This document shows, piece after piece, positions 12,765 through 25,388 of a stretch of DNA of 64,000 nt. Both the position numbers and the translations under genes were made by a program. The stretch lies in the NCBI RefSeq assembly GCF_009914755.1, contig NC_060944.1, one strand, 5' to 3'. Position 1 is the first letter of the stretch. Every line of letters begins with the position of its first letter. This DNA comes from the human T2T-CHM13v2.0 reference genome, Homo sapiens. The notes below the pieces were generated by a model. The model did no database searches. It was not told the origin of the DNA and saw nothing but the letters and a program-made list of their open reading frames with translations.

Positions 12765-13405
12765 GGCAGTGTTGATTGTCCACCCAATATCCACCACCCT
12801 TTCCATTTCCTGGCAGAACCCCAACACTGTGCTGGTATCCTCCCTTCCTCCTCCACTCAGTCCATGTAAGTAAGTAAAGGACGCACATCCCAGACTTAGC
12901 TGGGGACAGGAAGGGAGTGGGGTGGTTCTGACTAGTCTAAGCCACTCACAGAAAACCTATCCTTTCTTTCTCAATATATGTCTGCAGAACACATATTTAA
13001 GTTCCTGCCATCACAGAGCTTAGAATAACATCTCCTACTCAATAAATGCTCACTAAATGTTGATGAATGGAGCAATCAGCCCTTGGCATTCCCCTAGCAA
13101 CTGTTATTTGTCTGAGAGTAGAGATATGACCTAGTTTGGTCCAATAAGGCTGAAGGGAAGGACTTTAATTGTCAGATGAAAGGTTCTCTGTGTCCTCCAG
13201 ACTTTGAACAAAGGACACTACCCCACTTGCTGCTGGGCGCCATCTTGCCACCCTCAGGAGCATAAGAAAAAAGTCTTCACAGAGGAGGCAGAGCCTAAGG
13301 AATCTCCAAGAAATGAAGTCACAGCTTACCCTACCTCTGTCTTTCCAGTTATGAGTTAACACATTTCCTTTTTATTTAGGACTATTTGTGTTGGGATTTC
13401 TCATG
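12765..13405 (+). mobile_element. Old MLT1 (J/K-like) LTR with a short L2 piece
   Basis: atatgacctagtttggtccaataag; gccatcttgccacc; ttccagttatgagttaacacatttcctt. Confidence 0.55.
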
Positions 13406-13935
13406 TAGGGTGTAATAAAAGTCCATGGATTTTTTAATGGCAAACTTCAAAATACTTAGAATGTCTAGAATTCCAATTTTTCTGGGTCAGACACTCTGTG
13501 GAACACCAAAGTTATACAAGTGGTTCATAATCAAGTCCAGATTTTTATGCAGAGATGGAACTAGTTGCTCATCAGATTGACAGGAAGGGATAGACCTTGT
13601 CTTTTTGGTCTTGGAAAGTGTGTGTGAGTGGTTGTTTTGTTGGGTAAACATGTGGCAAAGAGGAGCTTCTTGTCCTGGGTTAGGGCATGCATCAATCAGG
13701 ATGGGTAACTTTATGCTGCAATAACAAACAACTCCAACAACAAAGGTTTATTTCGTGCTACACTACATGTCCATCATGGGTGGGCGAGTAGGTGGGCTCT
13801 GCTCATTGCATCTCTCACGGACTTTGGTTGACGGAGAAGCCACAATCTCAAATGTTGCTGGTTTCCTTGCCAAAGGAAAGGGAAAATCTCAGAACTGTGT
13901 TATGCAGGTAATGAAATGCACCACCCCAGAAGTGA

Positions 13936-14303
<368 letters not shown>

Positions 14304-14405
14304 CAGAAGCTTGTTTTAATGCTCTGCTGTTGCCATCTCAAAATTATTAATACATTTTTGAACAAGAAGATTCTTACTTTCATTTTGCACTTGACTCTGT
14401 AAATT

Positions 14406-14833
14406 TATTTTTTAAGTTTTTTTTTTCTGTGCACCTGTGGGTTATATTGAAAAAGTAATTTGTTGTTGTTTTTCACTTGTGTCCTACTTTCTTGATCAGA
14501 AATATTTATTTATTTATTTATTTATTTATTTATTTTTTATTTTTTTTTTTTTTTGAGACAAGGTCTTGCTCTGTTGCCCAGACTGGAGTACAGTGATGTG
14601 ATCACGAATCATTGCAACCTCTGCCTCCTGGGTTCCAGCGATCCTCCCACCTCAGCCTTTTGAGTAGCTGGGACTATACGCACCACCATGCCTGGCTAAT
14701 CTTTAAACAATTTTTTGGAGAGATGGGGTTTTGCCATGTTTCCCAGGCTGGTCTTGAACTCTCGGGCTCAAGTGATCCATCCGCCTCAGCTTCCTAAAAT
14801 GCTGGGATTACAAGTGTGAGCCATTGCGCCAGC
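14406..14833 (-). mobile_element. AluJ plus ~77 bp extra 3' sequence and a second poly(A)
   Basis: Alu body 14555-14833, (TTTA)n/T tail 14504-14554, non-Alu 14427-14503, T-tract 14406-14426; TSD tg(a/g)ctctgtaaatt. Confidence 0.85.
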
Positions 14834-16196
14834 TGGCTCTGTAAATTATATAGCCAGCCTAGTCATATGTGTCACTTGTACTTCCACCTCATTGACCAGA
14901 CCTCGTCACATTGCCACATCCCAACCACAAATGGGCAGAGAAGTGCAATTCTATTTGTACCAGAAAGAAGGAAGAACCAGAAATATTTCATGAACAGCAT
15001 AGAAGACAACCATAAAGTGTCTGTCATAAGTCTTTTGTTTTTCGAGACTGAGGGGAAGCTTCCTCTTGGTATACAGATCTTTGGGTGGGTGGAAGAATTT
15101 ATTTGCATATGGGCCTCAGGATCCTCTGAGAGAGAAGGCATAAAGATTCCAACTGCTGTTCCTGGATATTCAGAGTTAGGGAAATCTGTTGGTGTGAACC
15201 AAGCCCAGGGGTTGGGAAGGACAATGAGGTTCCAGGGTTGGAATGAACTAGGCCGAGGATGGGGTTAAGCATGAAGACCTAGGGACCTTGGTGAGGGAGA
15301 ACTTGCTCTGGTCTGACATGTGTGTGGCTGGGAGCCCTCTATCACAGTAGTCTTTGGGATGTGATGAGTGCATGTGGCCTTGTAAACCAAGATAGCTGCA
15401 ACCTGGTATCTCAAACACGGGGCCGTCACTGCATCTGGGCCAAGAACATTCATTAGCAGGGGACAAAGATGTATTGGCCCAGTCTTTGACACTGACAAAA
15501 ATGAAAAGTTATAGCCTCAGAAATTGGTGGCACTCCAATTCTCCCTTTTATTTGCATTTGGAAGTGGCAGTGATGCCCCCGTAAACTGATTCAGACTCTG
15601 CAGTTCTTAGAAAATTGGTGAGGAGGAGCATCCTTGAGAGAGATGCTAAACTTCCCATAGCAGGACATGAATGATCAGTTAAAAACAATATGAAAGAAGA
15701 CGCTCATGTCATATCTTGAGCTAGAGAAGCAGTTCATATGGTTGCTTGCAGCTCAGCTAGAAGAACTGTGCTTATGCAAAGTTGTCTAAAAGGGCCCTAT
15801 CAACTTGGGAGGAACGTCTCTGCTAGTCCTTGGGGCAGCCAAGACAAATATCAGTGGGGCCACTGGACTCTGCTGTGGAGAAGAAGCTGTGGGGGGTGCA
15901 GGTTCATGGGGCCTGGACTCAGCCAGAGCATGGATCCCTGGGCTCAGCCAGAGAGTGGAGGCTCAGGGAGTGGTGAGCTCATTGCTTGGAGAAGTTGTGT
16001 CCCAGAAGACCTGCTTGGATTCATGGCATACCCATGGCCATGTGAAAGAGATGAGTGGGACCAATTCTGCTCTTCACTTATTCACCCCAAGGTCAGGGCT
16101 CCTTCAGCTCTTGCAGAGAGTCTTCTGGAAAACAGGCATAGAGAGGAAAAACTGATCCAGTGCAACAAGCTTGATGAAATGAGCATTTCCCCTGCC

Positions 16197-16587
16197 CTAG
16201 ATGCTGTTGGTGCCCTTCCCAGATGCTGTTTCCCAGGAAGCAGCACCATTTATCCATCTGCTCTGCGTGTTGGCTGCTAGAGGGGGCTTCTTCTCCTCAA
16301 AATTGCCATTAGTTGAGGGGGAGCCACCTTCTCTGGGAGGTTATGTGTTCTTGCTGAAGAAGAGCAGCCTTCAGCCAATGACTGACATGGTGGTACAAAA
16401 GACTGGCGCTCTTTTCTCAGGATGGGTCAATTCACACTCAGAACTCCCTGCTAGGTTCCAGCTGAGCCAAATCCTTGATCAGGCCCTTCCTCTGCCCTGT
16501 CTGCTCTTCTCACTTCCTTTCTCCTGATATCCCTCTTCCAATAAATTAAGTGCATCCAAATCTGTCTCAGACTCCGCTTCCAGGGTG
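16197..16587 (+). mobile_element. LTR16-family solo LTR
   Basis: gatgctgttggtgcccttcccagat...caataaatt...catccaaatctgtctcagactccgcttccaggg. Confidence 0.7.
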
Positions 16588-17299
16588 CCTGCCCTTTCTT
16601 TTGCGGGCTTGGGGAAATGTTTTGCTAAGGAAGGACAAGGTTCCTGCACAGTGGGATGGGGGAGGTGGAAAAAGGAGGCAGTTTTTTTTTCAATGGTGGA
16701 AATAAACTTCCCAAAGACTGAGGGCAAGGGGTAGCCTGAAAGTCTACATGGGTCTCCATGCAAGTCCAAGGGGATCATGGAAAACCACTCATGATTTGAG
16801 GGACCATGGTCAGTTTTCATAGTAGGGATGTGGACTGGGGTCTGAGTTGAGACTGTGTTTTGATGCAAGTCAGTGTGGTTTGGGAAAACACAGAGTCACC
16901 AATTTTTGCCTTTCTCCCATTTTTCTTGTCCCCTTTCTCCATCCTCTCTTCCCAGATTTGCTCCTCACCTCTAGAACTTTCCATTCATTTTAGGTGAGGC
17001 AGGGGTTCCATGAAGGGAGCTGTTATGAGGCTGTTCTTGCTCAGTGATGCTGCACTGGGCACTGACTTTTGACCAGTAGCTTCTCACTCTGACTCAGCTA
17101 CATGAACCACTAAGAGTAGCTGTGCTTGGTGAACCTCCACCCTTTCACTGAAGTGTCGTGTGTGGCCCTAGTTCACTATGGCTCTGCCCACTTCTCCTTG
17201 TTCTTCTTACTCTCTCTATCTTTAGAATCTCCTGGCTTTGTCTTTGGATTTCTGGAATTCTAGTTTCTCTTTACAGGGTTTCTGACACCAGTCTGATGG

Positions 17300-17785
17300 T
17301 GTCCATGTTTCTTTCCTGCTTAAAATCTTTCACTGTTGTCCGTTGGCCCTTCTAAGATCTTCAGCATAGCTTGCAAAAACCGTGCTTAATTTACCTCTCC
17401 CCTCTGCAGCTCGTAACTCCCCGTCCCATGCACCCCTGTCTTGGCCCTGCACATCATGCAGCTCTGCTCTGTTTCTCAAATTACTACAGATTCCTCTATA
17501 CCTTTATTCCTACTCTTCTTTCCCTTTAGATTGCTTCTCTCCCTGACTGACTTTTCAAGAATAGCTTCAAGCTACTTTTTCTCTCTTTACGTTGTCTTAT
17601 CATTCTGGGGGCAACTGCCTGCCTTGGGCTCTTTCATGACCGAGGCTCCATCATGAGTTCTGACTTTTAACTCTCAATAGCACCAATGTGTTGCACTTCT
17701 AGACTACACAGTTAGGCCCTAAGCTCCTTGGAGTCTAGGGCTTCTTTGAATCTCTGGTGCCCTGTACAGTGCCTGGCACAAAGCA
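17300..17785 (+). mobile_element. L2 fragments
   Basis: tcctgcttaaaatcttt...taagctccttggag...acagtgcctggcaca. Confidence 0.5.
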
Positions 17786-17791
17786 CCTGGG

Positions 17792-18348
17792 GTAGACACA
17801 GTGCACTGGACTCACCATCCATTCCAATTTCCTTCTAGTGACCTTTTAATATGAAGGGGCTGGAAAATAAAAATCCATATGTGCCAGATGCCCCTGAAGC
17901 CAGGGTTCTGAAGGGGATTAAGGCTAACTTTCTGTTGCTTTCATTGGTTCTGCTGATAAGCAGGCAATGCCCACGGAAACACTGAGTTTCCTGTAGTGCA
18001 TTCTAGTAGGTGGTCATTGGTTTCATAGGTGCTGAGAGGCAGGGCTCAGGACAACCACGTTCCATGTTTTTTTTGGTCGATGTCTACAGAGTGTGACCTT
18101 GCTCTAAACAGGTGGTTGCACAGGAAACTTCTGACCCTGACACCAGTAAGGTGATGCGTCCCTGTGTTTGTGGCATAGGAAGCAACTGTCTTGCGGAGTT
18201 GTTTTGGGCGTTGTTGCTGAGTCTTGTTTTTGGTGTCATGGCTCTTTCAACCTTTCCAAAAGTTTTCTTAGTTTCTTGGATTAGATCCATTTTCACTTAA
18301 TGCAGTTCAAGTAGCTCCCATTTTCTGCAATTGATCTCTGACTATACA
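17792..18348 (+). mobile_element. Ancient ERVL/MaLR-type LTR (subfamily uncertain)
   Basis: LTR-like end ttttctgcaattgatctctgactataca. Confidence 0.4.
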
Positions 18349-18379
18349 GTGTTTGCAGAATTGAAGGATCAACTGACTC

Positions 18380-18500
18380 ATCTAATGGGTTCATTTCACA
18401 GATGAGGATGCTGAGGTGCAGAAACAGAACAAAGTAAGGTAAAAAAAGGGTCAGAACTGGAACCCAGGGCCTTTGCCTTTTAGTCTAGTGCCCTTCCTCC
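18380..18500 (-). mobile_element. MIR fragment
   Basis: catttcacagatgaggatgctgaggtgcaga...ctggaacccagg. Confidence 0.65.
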
Positions 18501-18554
18501 TGCACCAAAGTGACATTTCTGTTTTCAGTGTCCTCATCCTTCCCTGCCTTATTC

Positions 18555-18889
18555 TGAAACTGGCCCAATTTTCCAACCAGCCACAGAGCTGAAACCCATA
18601 GAACTAAAGCCTATAGAACTGAAGCTTGAGAAACTTACATTTGAACAATGAAAACTCCTGCTCCCTGTTGGCCAACTCCTCTTCCTTGCCCTTCTGTTTT
18701 CCTTTCTGGCTGTATAAACCTTTAAGTTGAGTCAGGGAGGAGGGATGGATTTGAGGTTTGGCTCCTGTCTGTCTGACATCACCTGTGATATAATAATCCC
18801 TTCTTTCCTGACAATACCATTGTCTCAGTGATTGGCTTTCTGTGTGGCAAACAATGGGACCTAGACTGAAGCCCTGGTGTTCAGTAACA
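18555..18889 (+). mobile_element. ERV1 MER4-group solo LTR (LTR54-like), short or internally deleted
   Basis: tgaaactggcccaatt...ttgtctcagtgattggctttctgtg...cagtaaca; TATA-like tataaa; 4-bp TSD ATTC. Confidence 0.7.
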
Positions 18890-19159
18890 ATTCTCTGAAA
18901 TAAATCTCTCCCTTCAGTAGGTGGGGTGGGTGGGGTTGGTCTATGGCTTTGAATACTTTACTTATATTTTAATATCTTACTGCTGATGGCACAGAAAAAT
19001 CTTTTAGTGATTTTGTGTCCCATAGATTCAGCTTTGGACAGGCATTACAAGAACACTGGGAAGGGGCCAACACTCATCTTTAGCCACCTCACTTTTGGGC
19101 TCTTTATGTTCTCCCATCCTTGTCTCTCTTTCTCCCTTGAATTCTCTAAGGAAGTGGGA

Positions 19160-19642
19160 TGCGACAGACACTGCTGGTGCGCTGTCCATGATCGTGGGTC
19201 ATACCATTGAGGTACATGCAGGCCCTACAACTTTTAGCTGCCAGCTCCTGAATCTTTCTGCCTAAGGGCTTTCTTTGGAAGCTGAGGTACATTCATCCCC
19301 TGCAGCTGGAAGTACTGGAGAATTAACTCCCACCCTACCAGAGTAATTCTCAACAATGGCAAGTGGAAGTTGGTGTATAAATACCCCAGCTCCCTAGCCG
19401 CTTGGGTGGGAGAGCTCTCTGTCATGTTCTACATTATCCTCAGAGTTCCCCAGTGTATTTGGGCTCCAGTTGCCCAATAGCAATAACTTTCTGGTTAGCA
19501 CACTGTGTTGACTACTTTCTCTTCTATTCCCCGTTTCACTTCCCCACTTCCCTATCAGTATTTACCAGAATAACTTTCAATAAATAACTTGCTCTAAAAT
19601 CCTTGTCTTGGGGTTTGCTTTTGGTGGAGCCTAAATAAGACA
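19160..19642 (+). mobile_element. LTR16-family solo LTR
   Basis: actgctggtgcgctgtcc...ttggtgtataaataccccagctccc...caataaataacttgctctaaaatccttgtc...aaataagaca. Confidence 0.8.
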
Positions 19643-20849
19643 GAGGTCTTTCCCTGTAAGTAGGATGGCAAGTCTCTCAGAGGGTGGTTTAGGAAGCAGG
19701 TTGGGAAGGGATTTATAGACAGAGGGTTCTTGCCAGAGCCCACTAAACTTTTCCCTGGAGATGGGTCTTATAGACCCCTAGTGCCTCTTAGCTGTTGTCC
19801 CTGTGTGCTGCTGCCAGCTGACACTCTTGCTTTGGGTCCCCAAGATAGGCTCCAAAAAGTAGATTCATCTTAGTAAAATCTTCAGTGTCTAATGTGGTGC
19901 TCTTGTCATCCCATTAAAGAGGGAGAATATCTGGTCCCTTGGTCAAACAATAAATTCTTCAGAAAATGGTGTAATTACCCTGTGTTTACCATTTGAGTTA
20001 ATCTAACTTCTACAATATAAGGTTTACTTCAACGACTCCTACCTGCATTTGGCCAGGCCCCAAAAATCTGTAAACTAGAGTAGAAAATATGCTGTCTTTT
20101 GCCTGTACAGAGCAATGACGTGTGGGGGCAGAGGTCCCAGGAGGCAAAGAAGGATGAAAGTGGCTCACAGCCTAGGCCTGCTTCATCACTCAACCCCAGG
20201 CATTTTCTTCTCTTTTCTTTTTGTTTTTGAAAAATAAGCTCCAGAGAAATGATAAGGAGTTTTAAAAATAAAAGCCAGTGGGGCAGCAGCAGCATCCCTC
20301 TCCCTGGCACCTCTCCTCTTCACCCGTGACTCTCAGCACATGCAGGACCCACAGCTCGGTCCCTAGGGCCTTGTTCTCCAGCCTCCTCCGCCACCTTTGG
20401 CCCAAGGCCTCTGCCCTGAGGTCCAGCCTGGCCAAGGGTGGCCAGCAGAGCAGGGAGAGTCGGAATGACCCACACACTCAGAGATAAGGCTCCCAATTTG
20501 TTGATTCAGGGGCTTAGTTATTCTCTAAATAAACGTTCCTGCTTCAAAAACTTCTCTTTCAAGTGGAGCTGAGTGTTGCCTTCTTACTCTTTCCCAGGGG
20601 AGAAGTTTGTGTTTTGCTTTTTCTAAATTTATGTAAACTGTTCCCACACTCACACCCACTAAATACCAAGCTCCTCTGATCCCCCCTTCTCCAGAATGGC
20701 CACGGAGCCGGGGTGCTTGGGCTGTGATGAAATCACACATCCTCTTGGAGTCCCATGGGATCAAGTGGCGGTAGGGGCAAGGGGGTTTCTGCTGCAAGAC
20801 AGGAAACCTGAAGGATTGAGGACAGACAACGCCCTGAGGTCACATAAGA

Positions 20850-20990
20850 ACAGGCAACACAATCTGAGAAAGTCAGTTACTCTGCCTCCATTTTACAGAT
20901 GAGGAAATTAAAGTGTGAGGGGAGTGGGTTGAGGGGTTAGTGAATCATCCACATGAGTAATGGAAAGTTCAATCCAAGGACTCTGCCCCT
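20850..20990 (-). mobile_element. MIR fragment
   Basis: ctccattttacagatgaggaaatt core. Confidence 0.7.
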
Positions 20991-21031
20991 ATGCTTCTCT
21001 GCCTTTCCAATTGATAGTGCAACTTTGTCAC

Positions 21032-21565
21032 TGTAGCAGTTAGCTATGGCCACATAACAAACTTCCCCAGAACTTAGTGGATTAAAACAACAACTATTTA
21101 CTTAGTTCATAATTTCTATGAGTTGATAATTAACCAGGCTTAGCTGAGTAATTCTTATTCTACTCTCACCTGGGCACATTCCTATGTCTTCAGTCACTCA
21201 TTTGTCACTAATATTTGATGGCCTCACTCACATGATGTGATTGGCTGGCTGTTGTCTGGTGTGATGGGCGTGGCTGAACTACATGATTTCTTATCCTCTA
21301 GAGGGCTAGCCTAGGCTTATTCACAGAGTGGTAGCTGTGGGTTTCCCAAGACCAGCAAGAAAGAAAATTCTAATGCATGAACACTTTTCATGTCACTTCT
21401 TGCATCACATTTATTACTATTCTGTTAGTCAAGCAAGTCACACAGCTAAGCTCAGATTCAACAGGTGGAGGAAGACTTTACCTCTTGATAGAGCAGCAAA
21501 GTGACTTTGCAAGGGTGTTGATACAAGGAGGGGAACAACTTTTGGTCCTTTTTGCAATCTACCAC
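21032..21565 (-). mobile_element. MLT1F/G/H-like LTR
   Basis: cataacaaacttccccagaacttagtggattaaaacaac...tttttgcaatctaccac. Confidence 0.75.
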
Positions 21566-22399
21566 TGTTACAAACAGTACAGTGGCCCACCAGGCCATTG
21601 GAGGGGAGGGAATAGAGCTCTGCTGTGTCCTCCAAGTGCCGTGCCCAGTGCTCTGTCATTGCCCTACACTGCTGATCATACATTATCTTGGGTTAGGCCA
21701 TTTGCATCCTTCACCGTCAGTCAGTGGCAGAGAGAGAGAACCTTGAGTGGCTGAGAGATGGGACACTGGGGAGATAAGTTTTGGTGCAGGGAAAAGGATT
21801 GAAAGCAAAGAAGCAGAGGTCAGAGGAATGCCTGGGCCCAGCAGAGCAGCACTGCTGGTGCAATGTAGTGTGAACAGTGCTGAGAATATTCCATGACTCT
21901 TATTTGCCCCCCGTCCTGGACCCCGCTGTCTCCTCCTCTCAGCCTGGGCCTCCCTGTCAAGAGCATGTCCATCCCTGTTTGATTCTCTCTCTGTGGTTCC
22001 CAGGACCCTTTGTTCATAGACAAGCCTATTGATTTCCACTTTTTTTTTTTTTTAAGTCATGGAGCCATCACATACTTAATATACTATCCTTCCCAAGGGC
22101 ATTGGAAATACAAATAAACGTGGATGGCTCAGACCTAACAAAGACAGTAAAGTTGTTCAGAATGATGGAAAATTAACATGTGGGGTGGCCCACAAGAGCA
22201 AATGCAATTTGCTGCAAGTAGGTTGGGGTGGGCGGCATTCTGTGAGGCCTCCCGTGTTATCTGAAAGTTTCACTGCATTTCTTGGTATACTAAATCTGCA
22301 GGCTCAGTCCTAAAACAGTATCTCAGACCAGAAGCACAAAGAACCTCAAATTATGAACTTGATAGTTGGAAGGAGTCTTAGATAACAGTGAGACCCCTC

Positions 22400-24500
22400 T
22401 CCTTTTACAGCCCATAACAAACAGCTCTTGGACTGGCGCTGCTTTGTGGATCCCATTTGAGCAGCTCTGCTTTAGAGGGACCTCCCTTCTCCCTCCTGCA
22501 CTGTGCCAAGGAGAACTGCCCACCAGGAGTTCAGGCCACCCTGCCGCCTCCATTCCCCACCCCAGCCATGCTCAGGATATGCAGGACTCGGGAATTCCCT
22601 GTTTAAAGGCCTCAGCCCACTTCCATGTCCTGTGTGGGCATCTCCTCTGGGGTTGTCCTCTCAAAGTGAGCCACTGGTAAGTGTTCCCAGGAAGGAGGGG
22701 TTGTGAACAGAGCTTGGACTTGAAGGCTCAGTGGTCAGCATGTGTGCGTGTGAAACCCCTTTATGGTGTGGGTGGAGCCTTGTGCGAGAAGAGGGTGGGC
22801 TGCAAGTCCAGGAGGAGGCCCTGAACTCTCGTATTACCACCCAACAATGTTAGAGACGATTTTGCCTCAGGGTTTATGGTTTTTCCTGCCAGGCTGTGAC
22901 TGATGGAAAGCAGGGAGGTGGAGGCTGAGAACCCCGGCTCTGTAGTCACTGCTGCCCACAGACAGCAGACCTACCAGCCTCGGCACGCTACCTCTTGGAG
23001 GGGCTGAGTCCACAGGAGTTGGGAGTTTCTTGCCAGTCCTCCTGCCAGCATGTCCCTGCCTTCCTAGCCCTCACCGAGCCTTATTCTTATTCTCTCTCAC
23101 ATAGAACCTGGCTTGGACCCTTTCATGCTCCTGATCTCTGTCCTGTTTGCTATCTCATGGGCTGACTCAGTAGCAGTCAGAGGTCCCTGGCAAGCAGGAT
23201 GACTTCTCCCACATTCTATTAGCTCTGGCTCAGGCCGACAGCCACATGGACAGTCTCGCCTGTGGAAGTTCTTCCATCACCCTGACTCAGTTTCTGAACT
23301 GAAACAGTCCCCATGAAGTCCTAAGATCTGAGTTATTTGGTGTATCCACCTCCCCCACAGGGTTGATGGTCTCCAAGAGCAAGGGCTGCAGGCTTGATCT
23401 TGGCATGGGCTGAGGATCTCACCAAGGTCCTCGTCTGCTCCTTTAAAGGTGGGAGAGACCGTCTCTTACTTTCCTTATCACTAATACCAACTGGATTTTC
23501 AAGTCTCAGGTGTGTTTGAAGTTGGCCTTTGGAGACTCCTACACACACACACACGTGCGCATGCATACACACACCTCACACATGCTTACACATATATTCA
23601 CACACAAACTTGCGTACATACATGCTTATATACACACTCAGGCTCACTTATAAACATAAACACACATAATTGTGTGCATGTTTGTGTATGCACACATGCA
23701 CAAACACACACAATCACAGTTGTGTCTGTGCTACTCCCATTGCTTTTTGGCTCTGATGGCGCTCAGCAGATGGAGGTCCAGGCTCCCTAGATGCTGTCTT
23801 GCCAGCTGAGAGGCTGAACTACTGCCGAAATTTCCAGGGTCCCCTTGTGGCATTTCTTGATAACAACATGAGCTAAGTTCATTTCTCAAGGCTGTAAACT
23901 ATCGTAGCCATCCTGCCCTTTCAGATGTCAGCTTATTGACGCTGGGGTTTGGTTTGCCTCTCTCCTCTCAAGATCAAGCTGGCAGCCTGGAACGTTTTTG
24001 AGGTTGGAGACCAGGAAGCCTCCAAACCTCACCATGACCTCCTACGTGTCCATGCCAGCTTGAGCAAGTGCAGTGACTTAGAGCAACCAGCAAGAGAGGC
24101 CTGGAAAACTCCCTCCTTGGCTGCCTAAGGCAGCAAGAGAGACCAGAACAAAGATGCCTCACATTATTTAGGATGGATCCCATTGATGATGAATGTAAAA
24201 GTGCTTTGCAAACTGTGAAGCGCTGAGCATATGTAAGAGAAGATGTTCATTTTGAAGACCACAACAGGTTTGCTGTCTTCTCGGTGAGTGGAGGTTGTAC
24301 CTTCTGCAGAACACTTCCTAAGACCAAATCAGCCAGGGGTGTCTCTTTGGCAGTCAGCGAGAGGCTGGGTGCCCATTCCCAGGCTTGGCTCTGTATAGTC
24401 TGCAAGGAAAACAAGAGTCATGGGACTCACTCCAGGGAACTCCCCTCCGGGAAAAAAGCTGGGAAAAGTCTCCCTGTATAGCTGCAGGCAGGGCTGTAGA
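22400..24500. promoter_or_regulatory. Candidate enhancer (kB, AP-1 and STAT motif cluster)
   Basis: GGGAATTCCC 22590-22599, TTCCCAGGAA 22684-22693, TGACTCA 23163-23169 and 23283-23289, GGGAACTCCC 24435-24444 in repeat-poor DNA. Confidence 0.4.
23541..23712. repeat. Degenerate (CA/TA)n low-complexity tract
   Basis: acacacacacacacgtgcgcatgcatacacacac... Confidence 0.85.
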
Positions 24501-24689
24501 TGCCAGTGGTCAGGTGGGGAAGAAACAACCTCTTCTTGGACTATGGTGCCTCCCTTGGAGCAGCTTAGCACTTAGAGAACCGGCCCTGATTGTGTTCAGA
24601 TGGTGATGCTATTGGCTGTGATTATGGTTATGATTCAAGTTGGCAATGAGACTCGCAAGATGCAATTGGCTTGTGTTTACTGTAGTTAC

Positions 24690-25388
<699 letters not shown>

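Noticed and set aside
15738-16280. Longest ORF (180 aa)
   Set aside because: No recognisable domain, runs into an LTR16, Trp/Cys/Ser-rich composition typical of chance ORFs
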